A DNA stretch of 26,122 nucleotides from a virus (lineage: Duplodnaviria > Caudoviricetes). The stretch is from positions 1-26,122 of the IMG/VR virus record IMGVR_UViG_3300030376_005596. One strand, written 5' to 3'. This document shows, one piece after another, positions 16,284 through 25,422 of this stretch (position 1 is the first letter of the stretch; every line of letters begins with the position of its first letter). The notes beneath the pieces were generated by a model that saw nothing but the letters and a program-made list of their open reading frames with translations, was not told the origin of the DNA and made no database searches. A program made the translations under genes and the position numbers.

Positions 16284-19200
16284 ATGTCATCTCCTACTTT
16301 AGAAAAAATTCGGAAACAATTTCCTGACTTAGATGATATTTCCGATAACGAATTAACAGTTCGTATTGGCAATGAATATCCAGAGTTACTTGAAAAAGAT
16401 AACCAACTTGCTAACGAGTTTACCGACTTAACAGAGTTTACTGTTGGTGGTGCTGCCTCTCAGGTTTACCAGAAAACAACTAAAGGTGCGCCAATGTTGC
16501 TTGGCAAGATTGGTTGGGGTGTTGCTGAAGGTTTTACTGCTCCAATATTAGGTGATTATTCAGCCGCTGATTTAGGTGTTTTTGGCTTAGTTAAAACAGC
16601 ATCTAAATTTTTTGGGAAAGAAGTTGATGTTACTGGTGCAATTAATCGTTACTCTAAAAGTTTAAGTGATGAGGCAGATAATCAATTACGAAAAATCAAT
16701 GAAGGCGGTTTAGTTACTTCTTATGGAGGAATTGTTTCTTCTGGATTTGGCCTTTTGGGAGATGCTACTGAAACTTATTATGAAGGCACTGAAGCAGAAA
16801 TGCCTACAGAGTGGGAAAGGCGACTTGGAAATGTCGCACAAACAACTGCAACTTTAGTTCCTACAATTGCAGCTGCACCAGCTGGAACCCCAGCTGTTCT
16901 TGCCGCAGCTGGCTTAACAACTTTTGGATCTACTTTTCAAGAATCTAGGAGAGCTTTAGAAGATAATGGAGATCCCGACGCAAACCAAAAAGCATTCGCA
17001 ACTGCAACTGTAGACGGATTGAAAACAGCTGCAATTACTTACACTGGAATGAAGTTTGCCCAAAAATTTGGGTTAAGTGATGTTGATAAATTAGCAGGGC
17101 TAAAAGGTGATAAAGTTTTTGCAGCTGGAATGGGCAACTTTCTTAAAAGAGTTGGTATTGGCGCACCTGTTGAAGGCATTGAAGAAGGGGTTGATGAAGC
17201 GTTGTCAGCTGTCATTGCTAAAACTAAATTACCTCTAGGGGTAGGAGGATACAATCCTAACGCCGATTTAAACGAAGCTTTTGCTGAAGCCTTTTTTGCT
17301 GGAGCTTTAATAGGTGGAGCAACTGGATCAATAGAGGGTTACTCTCAGTATAGTGCTGCAAAAAAAGAAGCAAGAGAACTTGCGGATAAAGGGCTTCCTA
17401 AAACTGCTGATAAAATACTTCTTAATGCTCAAAAGAAATGGGAGAACAGGAATAAACCTGACGATGAAATTATTCCTTTACCTGACGATCCAAACCAAGC
17501 ACCAGACGAGATTGTTGGAGTTGATGCAGAAGGAAGACCTACTAGGGAAGTTAAACCTACAGCTGCAACGACAGACGATCTTGATGTAGAAGATGTTCCA
17601 GAAATAAAAACTTCTAGCAATGTTGATGCAGAAATAGAAGCTGCTGAAGCAGAAGCGGATCGCATTGCTGAAACTGGTGAAGCTGAAGTTACAGCTGAAG
17701 CTCCAACCGAACCAGAAGCCCCAGCTGAACCAACCAGAGAAGAAATAGAAGCCGAATGGAAAAAAAGTGCAAAAGAACTTAAATCAAGACTTCAAGAAAG
17801 TGATGATATAGATGACACAGATATTTTAACAGACGAAGTTATAGACGAAGGAGCTAGGGAATATGCTGATGGTGTTCTTGCAGAAAGAGCCAAAGCCGCA
17901 ACTCCAGACCCGACCCCAGCTGAAACTCCAATTGAAACCCCAGCTGCAACTACTCCATCTACCGGAACACAACAAGACCTTATAGGGGAAGCTACTCAAG
18001 ATGAAATAGATGAACTTATAGATCACGAATTTTACACCGAATTAGGTTTAACTCCTGTTACTCCCGTGTCTGATCCAGATTCGATAAAGTCTAGGATGAC
18101 AAGAGAGCAGCGAGAGGATTTCGAGGAAGATCTGGAGTATCAAAAACAAACATTTGGCTCAAGATATGAAAGTCAATCCGCTAAAGATAAATGGAATAAT
18201 TCTGGAGTTTTTGAGAGACGAAAAGACCTAAACCAAAAAGGTACTCCGCAACCTGAGACTACTACCGCCCCTCAAGAAGCTGTAGCTCAACCTACTCAAG
18301 AGGAAGTTGTAGACCAACAAGAAGGAACAATTACGGAAGAACAAAGCGAATCTTTAGCTGCAAAACTTACCGAGCTTGCTCAAGCAAACAACCGAATGAG
18401 AAGTAAAGGCAAGTTTTTATGGGACGAGCGCAGGGGAGGAAAAGGAAACAAAGGGGCATCTAAAACAAACAAACCTAAAAATCCAGATAAGCTAGAAGAA
18501 TTTGAAAACGAACTTGCAAGCATTGCTAATGAAACAGGGGTTACTGTTGAAAGTCTTCGTGAAAAAATAAAAGATTTAGTTTTTCAAAGGGCTTTAGAAA
18601 CTAAAACTACTGGTAAAGGCAAACAGCTTAACAAAGCTAGAACTAAAGCAGAGATTGAATTTCTTAAACTGCCGGAAGGTGAGACAGATGTGCTTGATGA
18701 ATTTATCAACACAGCTGGAGGAAAAATTGATGTTCCAGTTGGTAAGGATAAAAAGGTTATTGTTAAGGGTGACAGTAAACAAAAATTGCCAGCTGAGTAT
18801 GACGGTATTGATAACTTTGCTACTGCTGTAAACGATCTATCCAGAACACAGCCTTCCGTAGCTGGTGGCTTAGTTAACCGAGTACCCGCTTCAGAAATAA
18901 ACAATCGAGTTGATGAGTATGCTCAAGCTGTTGGGGTTGAAACAGATCAGTTTTGGGACTTGATGGCTGACGCTATTAATAGGCGTATTGAGTTAAATAA
19001 AATCAAGCAAGAGCAAAAAGCTAAAAAACCTCTTCAAGAAGTTTTAACTAAAAAAGATAAAAACAAAAAGGAAACTCAATTATCTGAAATAAATGAAAAT
19101 GATACGTTTGTTGTTGACGGGGTAACTTACACTGTTGAAAGCAGGTCTGACGATGACACTTCCACCATTTTGGTTGTTGCTCCTTTAGGTAGTAGGGAAT

Positions 19201-22200
19201 ACACCGATATAGAATTAACTGAAGAAGACCTTCTTTATCTTGAAGACTTTCAGCCTACTGAAACAAGTTCTCAGGAGTTTGGTGAGCAAATGGCAATGGG
19301 AAGCAATGAGCCTTCTCAACCTTTTGCGTTTGTTCCGAATGAAGTCATTAATGGGGTCAGAATTGAAAAACCAACAACTGAGGCTGAAGAAAATATTTTA
19401 TCTCGTGCCGCTGCTTTAATCCCTAAAATTCAAAGAAAACTGGGCGGAGCAAAAATTCGCAATATTCTTGTTGAACGAGAACATAATGTAGCAGCAAATT
19501 CTGGAGCAAGGTATGGAGATTTTGGTTCTATTTATTTGAACCCAGAATTAATTATCGCACTAGAGAGAAAAGGAAAAGGAAGTCTTGAGCGTATTCTTAT
19601 TGAGGAAGTTATCCATAATTATAACGGGCTTGCTATTTACAGAGAGTGGAACGAAAGCGGAAGAGTTGATTCCTTTAAAACTTTTTACGAGAAGACAATG
19701 ACTGACGTTTACGATGAGATGTCTAAAAACGAAATTGCAGAAACATCTTTTTGGTATGGCGATCAAATAGAAGGAGATAAAGTGTCGATAGCTGAAGAGT
19801 TTATTCGGATAGCTTTGCAGCGCAAATTAACAGGATCAATTAATGAAGATTTATTTGGCCGGAAAGTTGAACAAAACGGTGCTTTAAGCAGGTTAATGGA
19901 CATACTTGCTAAATTCTGGAATGGAATTAAGCGAGGCTTTATGGGTAGTTCACCTAGAATTACTACTCTTAAAAAACGAATACGTTTAATGATGAAAGAT
20001 CAGCGCGTTTCGTTTCCTGCAATCGATGGTGCTAGATTAACTTTTACTGCTGCTGCTGGCAGTGAATTTGTTCAAGATGAATTTCAGCTTGAAGGAGAGC
20101 AATCTCCAGAGCGTTTTGTTCAAATTAGCCATAGAGAATATGAAGAGGAAGTTCACGAAGAAAACAGCTTCGACAATAACACTGGAGATTTTCTTGGGGC
20201 TTTGTTTGCTAAATCAAGATTGGATTTAAAAAAGCTAAACAGAGAAGCATCGCTTAACGCAAAAGGAGCATCAACAATACCAGCTATAGATGCCGCTTTT
20301 ATTCAACCACAAGTGTTTGAAACAATCCCTCTTCCAGAAGAATTTATTGTTAATACTTACGCTACTATACATAAAACACTTGCAAAAGATCAGACGCTAA
20401 GTGATACGCAAAAAGATCAAGCAATGATGTATGTGTTAAGTCGTGCGACTAATGACGCTCGACGTTTTCTTGTTAAAAACAAAAGATGGCAAGACGCTCC
20501 CGAAGCTTTGCTAGGAGGAGGAAAGGGAAACTACAGTTTAAGCTCTTTAATAAGAAAAAGGCTTATTGACTACAGAGATATGTCAAGAAGTCTTGGCCAA
20601 AAATTAGTTAAGTCTGGTGATGGGTTAGTTTCTTTAGATTTGCCTGTCGAGCTTACAGAAGAATCAACTGAAACGACTGTAGGTGACTTAGTTCCAAACC
20701 CTTTTACTTTAACTCCTTCTCAGGAATTAATTAACGACGAGCTTTTAAATTACATCCAAGAAGCTGAAGTGTCTTTGACTTCCAGTGAAAAAGATTTGCT
20801 TAGTTTTGGGTTTCAAGAAAACTTTAAACACGGATGGCTTTCTGCTTATGCAAAATCAAGAGGCACAGGTAGAAGTGCCGCTAAAATGCAATGGAATAAA
20901 GTAAGTGACACAATGGCTTTAGCCCTTGCTTCTAAGAAAGATTTAGATGTTCAAACGGGAAGGGAAATCCCGCCAAGGTTAGTTGATAAAATTGCAAAAG
21001 TTCAAGCTGCCTACGACATTTTATCTGAGCAGAGTAAAGAAAGAGTTTCTGCCAAAGAAAAGGCAAGGATCGAACAAAACATTAGAAAGCTAATAGAAAA
21101 GCAAACTAAACCAGTTGAAGAAGTTGAAGAACAAACAGGTGGAGTTAGGAGCGTCGAAGTTACAAGAGAAGGTGAAATTATTGCTGGTGACTTTGATATT
21201 ACAAATGCAAATATTAGAAAGCAGTTAAACCTTCCTCCTTTAGAAAGAGATTCTGAAGGCAGGATTATAAATGAGCCTAGAGATAGGAGTATTTTAGAAG
21301 AACCTTTACCTAGAAGAAGAAAAAGAAGCGAAATTGTAGCTGCATCACTTCCTCCAGAGTTTCTTGAAGAAGTTGCTGATAAAGCTGAAGACATTACAGC
21401 TGAAGAAGCTAGGAATTACAGAGCAACCGATGATGTTAAAAGTGATGACTCAATCAATACTACTGACAGCAGAAGAGATGAAGTCAAAGAAAGAATGGAT
21501 GCTGCCGCTGAAAACACATCTAAGTGGTACGAGCCTTATGTTGAGTTTGCTTCGGACTTGTTGGAAACCGCAAAAAAACTAACAAGGCAATTTGAAAATC
21601 TTGACCCTTCAACACACGGTCATACTGTAGAAGTTCTTAGGCAATTCCAAGCTACTACTGAACTTTCCCAAACTAAAGCTAGAGAAAGTCTAAGAGCTAT
21701 TGTTAACGGGCTTACTCCAGAGCAATTTGATTTCTTTACTAAAGTTTTGGTTTATCGAGATTTACAACAATCTATTAAGAACGGTTTATATCAAAAAAAC
21801 AAAGATTTACCTTTTGGATTTCAAGACGCATCTGAAGTTGATTTCTTGTTGCAAGAATCTGAAGCTGATTTGTTAAAACCTGAAAACCAAAAAGTTCGGG
21901 ATGCTATTCAAAGGCGAAAAGCGATTCTTGAAGATTTAACAAAACAAATGCAGAAGCGAAAACTTTTGCCTAAAGATATTACAGATGCAGAAAATTATTT
22001 TCACAGGATTACAATTGAACACAGAGACGCTGTTAAACGTGGAACAATAACCGCAAAAACTGACGTAAGAACTAAACGAGCTGGTTTTCAGAGAAAAAGA
22101 GAAGGAAGTGAAAAAGATTATAGCACTGACTTTTTAGAAGCTGAAAATGAAGTGCTTGCACAGGGTTATGCCCAAATACAAACACACGATACTTTGGTAA

Positions 22201-24527
22201 GGCTTGAAGGTATGCTAAATCAAAAGTCACAACTAAAGGCTCAAGCAAAAGCTTCTAACGAAAAAGAACTTACTAAAGTTGTTCCTTTAGGGGATTTAGA
22301 AACATTCTTTAAACCTTTTAATACTAGGATTGCTATAGGATTTTCACAGCTGCAAAAACTACTAAATAAAAGGCAAATTAATTACGCACCACATTTTCAG
22401 GAAGTTGCTGAAAGCTTGGAAGAAGGCACACAACACCCAGACACTTTTGCTTTTCTTTCTCACTTAATGGAAACTCAAGCTAATGGCGCGGGTTATGCTG
22501 GGATGATTTTTAAAACTATTAGAGCAAAAGAATCTGCAATAGAAAATGCTTTAGGAAATAAATATGAAACTTGGAGAACTTTAGCTAATAAAAATGATGA
22601 GCTGGCCCTTTGGCAACCAGAACAAGGAAATTTCCTATACAAAGGAACAGTTGCTTCCGATCAAGCTTTATTGAAATGGTTTGAGGAGGCAAGCGAGGGC
22701 GACACTACAACAATTAGTAAAGAAGATTTAAGGAAGCAATTGGTCTTAGGTGGCAGAAAAGACGAATGGGTTATTCCAATTGAAGTTGCTGAACAGCTAA
22801 ATGAGCTTGAGCCTGACAAAACTCCTATTGGATTGGTTGGTAAAATAGGAAACGTTCAAAGTTCTTTCTTGGGAGCTTGGAAGTTCTGGAAACTATTCAA
22901 CCCCCCCGGATTTATTAAATATGAGCTTAACAACTTAACAGGCGATTTCGATGTAGCATTTGCTTACGACCCTAAAATAGTTACTCAGTATTCAAAACAA
23001 GCTTACCAAGACTTGTACGATTTTCACGTTAAGAAGAAACCTCTTCCTAAAGATATGGAAGAATTGCTACAGAAAGGCGTGTTAGGTTCTGGTTATATGC
23101 TTCAAGATTTAGCAGAAATGAGGCCAGAGGTTGCAGTTGACGCATTGTTTAATGATTTTGTTGATGGTCTTAAAAAGAAATCTAACTGGCTAAAAGATTT
23201 TACAAATAACTACAAACGAAAAGTAGCGACAATTAATCAAGTTAGAGAAGACACTTTACGTTTAGCCGCTTATAGGTATTTCCAAGACAAACTAGAAACT
23301 GGGTCAAATGTATTTGGCGCATCTAAGCCAAACGAGTTAGCCCTAATTCCAGACAAAAAAGATAAAGCAGCTAAAATGGCGCGTGAGCTTTTAGGAGATT
23401 ACGGAGCTATCTCAACTGGAGGCCGATGGTTGCGGCGAAAAATGATGCCTTTCTGGTCTTGGATGGAAATTAACGCACCTCGTTATGTTCGTATGATGAA
23501 AAACGCTCGCTTAGAAGACAGGGCTGGAACAAAAGCCAGAGTAGCTGGAGCTGCTGCTAAAAGCCTTGCTGTAAAAGGGGCAACTCAAACAATAAAGTTT
23601 GGATTACTAGCGTCAACATTCCCTTTATTCGTTAATATGTTTAACCGCTTTATGATTGAAGCTGGATTTGTTGATGAAGAAGACAAGCGCGTAGCTGATG
23701 CAAGAAACCAGCAACACTTGTTACTCTACTCAACAGAAGAAGGAAGGGTGATTTCTTTGAAAATGCAGGGAGCTTTTACAGATGCTCTCGAATGGTTCGG
23801 TTTAGGAAGTATGTATGCTACTGCAACAGATGTTGCATTTACAGAAGACACTCTAGCTGACGCTACTCAGGAATACCTAACTCAAGGCGAGCATTGGTAT
23901 CAAAAACCATTCGCAAAAGGGGCAATTAACAGAATTGCAGGGTCGTTAGCTCCTAACATTAAAATGCCAATAGAACTAACATCTAAGCAAAGCTTTTTCC
24001 CAGACGCAACAAGACGGGCTCCTATGAGAGACAGAACTGCTTATTTTTTGCAAAACTTAGAAATGGGTTGGGCTACAATGGGAGTGAACGCTATTTACAA
24101 ATTAGGCCAAAACTTCCCATCTAAAGGGATTACTGGCTCTGGAGACATTGCAAGCTCTCTGTGGCAATTTGTGGGGTACACAACAGACACAGGAGAGTCT
24201 GCCTACAGTTATATCAAAGCCAAAGAGTACGATTTCTACAACGAGAAAGAAGGAGATCGTGGAGGATTCACTACAAGCGACAAATCAGACGCTTTATACT
24301 ATCATAAAAAAGCTAAGAAGTGGGGTGACGAGTCTTCCGCTGAAGCTTGGAAGGAAAAATACTTTGAGCTAGGAGGAACAAAGGCGGGTATGAAGCGAAG
24401 CATTACAAACTCCAAACCGCTCGCTAAAATTAAGAAATACAGATCAGAGTTTCTTAGGACATTAACTGACTACGAAAAGGAAATCCTAGAAAGAGCAGAA
24501 AAATGGTACAAAGAAACCACCAAATAA
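16284..24527 (+). CDS. Giant multidomain putative ejection / polyvalent protein (2747 aa)
   Basis: Gly/Ala-rich hydrophobic N-terminal region; acidic Pro/Thr linkers; zincin-like EEVIH...AEEF region (motif at aa 1107); sigma-factor-like region (aa about 1352-1550); C-terminal EDTLRLAAY...ARELLGDY...MPFWSW region resembling LPD38-type ends of large phage virion proteins. Confidence 0.75.
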   Translation: MSSPTLEKIRKQFPDLDDISDNELTVRIGNEYPELLEKDNQLANEFTDLTEFTVGGAASQVYQKTTKGAPMLLGKIGWGVAEGFTAPILGDYSAADLGVFGLVKTASKFFGKEVDVTGAINRYSKSLSDEADNQLRKINEGGLVTSYGGIVSSGFGLLGDATETYYEGTEAEMPTEWERRLGNVAQTTATLVPTIAAAPAGTPAVLAAAGLTTFGSTFQESRRALEDNGDPDANQKAFATATVDGLKTAAITYTGMKFAQKFGLSDVDKLAGLKGDKVFAAGMGNFLKRVGIGAPVEGIEEGVDEALSAVIAKTKLPLGVGGYNPNADLNEAFAEAFFAGALIGGATGSIEGYSQYSAAKKEARELADKGLPKTADKILLNAQKKWENRNKPDDEIIPLPDDPNQAPDEIVGVDAEGRPTREVKPTAATTDDLDVEDVPEIKTSSNVDAEIEAAEAEADRIAETGEAEVTAEAPTEPEAPAEPTREEIEAEWKKSAKELKSRLQESDDIDDTDILTDEVIDEGAREYADGVLAERAKAATPDPTPAETPIETPAATTPSTGTQQDLIGEATQDEIDELIDHEFYTELGLTPVTPVSDPDSIKSRMTREQREDFEEDLEYQKQTFGSRYESQSAKDKWNNSGVFERRKDLNQKGTPQPETTTAPQEAVAQPTQEEVVDQQEGTITEEQSESLAAKLTELAQANNRMRSKGKFLWDERRGGKGNKGASKTNKPKNPDKLEEFENELASIANETGVTVESLREKIKDLVFQRALETKTTGKGKQLNKARTKAEIEFLKLPEGETDVLDEFINTAGGKIDVPVGKDKKVIVKGDSKQKLPAEYDGIDNFATAVNDLSRTQPSVAGGLVNRVPASEINNRVDEYAQAVGVETDQFWDLMADAINRRIELNKIKQEQKAKKPLQEVLTKKDKNKKETQLSEINENDTFVVDGVTYTVESRSDDDTSTILVVAPLGSREYTDIELTEEDLLYLEDFQPTETSSQEFGEQMAMGSNEPSQPFAFVPNEVINGVRIEKPTTEAEENILSRAAALIPKIQRKLGGAKIRNILVEREHNVAANSGARYGDFGSIYLNPELIIALERKGKGSLERILIEEVIHNYNGLAIYREWNESGRVDSFKTFYEKTMTDVYDEMSKNEIAETSFWYGDQIEGDKVSIAEEFIRIALQRKLTGSINEDLFGRKVEQNGALSRLMDILAKFWNGIKRGFMGSSPRITTLKKRIRLMMKDQRVSFPAIDGARLTFTAAAGSEFVQDEFQLEGEQSPERFVQISHREYEEEVHEENSFDNNTGDFLGALFAKSRLDLKKLNREASLNAKGASTIPAIDAAFIQPQVFETIPLPEEFIVNTYATIHKTLAKDQTLSDTQKDQAMMYVLSRATNDARRFLVKNKRWQDAPEALLGGGKGNYSLSSLIRKRLIDYRDMSRSLGQKLVKSGDGLVSLDLPVELTEESTETTVGDLVPNPFTLTPSQELINDELLNYIQEAEVSLTSSEKDLLSFGFQENFKHGWLSAYAKSRGTGRSAAKMQWNKVSDTMALALASKKDLDVQTGREIPPRLVDKIAKVQAAYDILSEQSKERVSAKEKARIEQNIRKLIEKQTKPVEEVEEQTGGVRSVEVTREGEIIAGDFDITNANIRKQLNLPPLERDSEGRIINEPRDRSILEEPLPRRRKRSEIVAASLPPEFLEEVADKAEDITAEEARNYRATDDVKSDDSINTTDSRRDEVKERMDAAAENTSKWYEPYVEFASDLLETAKKLTRQFENLDPSTHGHTVEVLRQFQATTELSQTKARESLRAIVNGLTPEQFDFFTKVLVYRDLQQSIKNGLYQKNKDLPFGFQDASEVDFLLQESEADLLKPENQKVRDAIQRRKAILEDLTKQMQKRKLLPKDITDAENYFHRITIEHRDAVKRGTITAKTDVRTKRAGFQRKREGSEKDYSTDFLEAENEVLAQGYAQIQTHDTLVRLEGMLNQKSQLKAQAKASNEKELTKVVPLGDLETFFKPFNTRIAIGFSQLQKLLNKRQINYAPHFQEVAESLEEGTQHPDTFAFLSHLMETQANGAGYAGMIFKTIRAKESAIENALGNKYETWRTLANKNDELALWQPEQGNFLYKGTVASDQALLKWFEEASEGDTTTISKEDLRKQLVLGGRKDEWVIPIEVAEQLNELEPDKTPIGLVGKIGNVQSSFLGAWKFWKLFNPPGFIKYELNNLTGDFDVAFAYDPKIVTQYSKQAYQDLYDFHVKKKPLPKDMEELLQKGVLGSGYMLQDLAEMRPEVAVDALFNDFVDGLKKKSNWLKDFTNNYKRKVATINQVREDTLRLAAYRYFQDKLETGSNVFGASKPNELALIPDKKDKAAKMARELLGDYGAISTGGRWLRRKMMPFWSWMEINAPRYVRMMKNARLEDRAGTKARVAGAAAKSLAVKGATQTIKFGLLASTFPLFVNMFNRFMIEAGFVDEEDKRVADARNQQHLLLYSTEEGRVISLKMQGAFTDALEWFGLGSMYATATDVAFTEDTLADATQEYLTQGEHWYQKPFAKGAINRIAGSLAPNIKMPIELTSKQSFFPDATRRAPMRDRTAYFLQNLEMGWATMGVNAIYKLGQNFPSKGITGSGDIASSLWQFVGYTTDTGESAYSYIKAKEYDFYNEKEGDRGGFTTSDKSDALYYHKKAKKWGDESSAEAWKEKYFELGGTKAGMKRSITNSKPLAKIKKYRSEFLRTLTDYEKEILERAEKWYKETTK

Positions 24528-24739
24528 AAAGCTCAGACGACGCTGACAAGTTCAACCAGCTTTTAGGGCTTTTAACTGAAAAGTTCTCAGAAAAACTATA
24601 CTATCACGAAATAATAGGAATGCTTCAAATGCACACAATAGGGCTAATGCTTGAAGCCTATGGCCTTATAGATGATGAAGAAGACGAAGATGAAGACGAT
24701 TGGAGCAGTCTTATAGGAAACCCAGATGATGAAGAGTAA
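24503..24739 (+). CDS. Small hypothetical protein with acidic tail (78 aa)
   Basis: ATG overlaps the end of the giant gene by 25 nt; helical YHEIIGMLQMHTIGLM segment then DDEEDEDEDD. Confidence 0.6.
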   Translation: MVQRNHQIKSSDDADKFNQLLGLLTEKFSEKLYYHEIIGMLQMHTIGLMLEAYGLIDDEEDEDEDDWSSLIGNPDDEE

Positions 24740-24743
24740 TGAG

Positions 24744-24868
24744 GTAAAGTATTCTTTACCTTATGTAAAGTATTCTTTACCTTATGTAAAGGATCCTTTA
24801 CCTTATGTAAAGTATAATTGACAAATGTAAAGTATTCTTTACCTTATGTTAAGAATCCTTTACTCCGT
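24744..24868. repeat. Tandem array of six 20-21-bp units, each with a GTAAAG-N4-CTTTAC palindrome or degenerate copy
   Basis: Units start at 24744, 24765, 24786, 24807, 24827 and 24848; consensus GTAAAGTATTCTTTACCTTAT; units 1, 2 and 5 are identical. Confidence 0.95.
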
Positions 24869-24900
24869 ACCTAGTAGTAAGTATGTAAGTATATAGATTT

Positions 24901-25134
24901 ATGGCAGCTAGTAGAAACTACAGAAAAGAATACGACAACTACCATTCAAGCCCAGAACAGAAGAAAAGAAGGGCGCAACGCAATGCTAGTCGTGCAAAAT
25001 TATTAAAAACAGGGGCAGTTAAGAAAGGTGACGGCAAAGACGTTCACCACAAAGACGGCAACCCATCAAACAATTCCCGTAAAAACCTTTCAGTTACCTC
25101 AAAACGGTACAACCGAAGTAAAAACAGGCAATAA
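24901..25134 (+). CDS. HNH endonuclease-like protein (77 aa)
   Basis: GDGKDVHHKDGNPSNNSRKNL...N motif with a basic N-terminal helix. Confidence 0.85.
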   Translation: MAASRNYRKEYDNYHSSPEQKKRRAQRNASRAKLLKTGAVKKGDGKDVHHKDGNPSNNSRKNLSVTSKRYNRSKNRQ

Positions 25135-25422
25135 TCACTCTGGCGAGTAGTAAGCCTTTAGTTTAGGTAGGTTTTCTATCGGATCATACAGCTCTTTCTG
25201 CTTTTTCCTGTCCCGATAGTTCTGATCCCTAATTTTATGGGGTGTAGCTCCACCCTCCCACTTGCTATTACCAGCAAATCTGTAGCAATCCCTACCACAA
25301 TCGCTGCATACACCCTTATAACCGTACGTCTTACGCCTAGGTTTCTCCCATTCCACCCTCTCAGCGACCATTTCACTGCGCTTTTTACAGCGAAGGCAGT
25401 AAATTAACGTTTTTTCGCTCAA
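25135..25422 (-). CDS. Zinc-ribbon protein (DUF5679-like N-terminus, 95 aa)
   Basis: YCLRCKKR.EM...KGVCSDCG...YRF, two CxxC pairs; TTG start overlaps the upstream TGA. Family assignment is from memory of the motif. Confidence 0.65.
   Translation of the reverse strand: MSEKTLIYCLRCKKRSEMVAERVEWEKPRRKTYGYKGVCSDCGRDCYRFAGNSKWEGGATPHKIRDQNYRDRKKQKELYDPIENLPKLKAYYSPE

Noticed and set aside
1839-24372. Short ORFs nested in or antisense to long genes (for example 1839-2036, 4336-4632, 13464-13739, 18584-18904, 21011-21394, 24148-24372)
   Set aside because: They overlap well-supported genes and have no motifs or initiation signals; expected by chance.
16284-24527. Virion RNA polymerase or lytic transglycosylase domain in the giant protein
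   Set aside because: No DxDGD or T7-type polymerase motifs and no ES..G..Q transglycosylase motif were found by eye.
24744-24868. CRISPR-like array
   Set aside because: Palindromic repeats are joined by constant 4-5-nt linkers with no unique spacers, and there are no cas genes.
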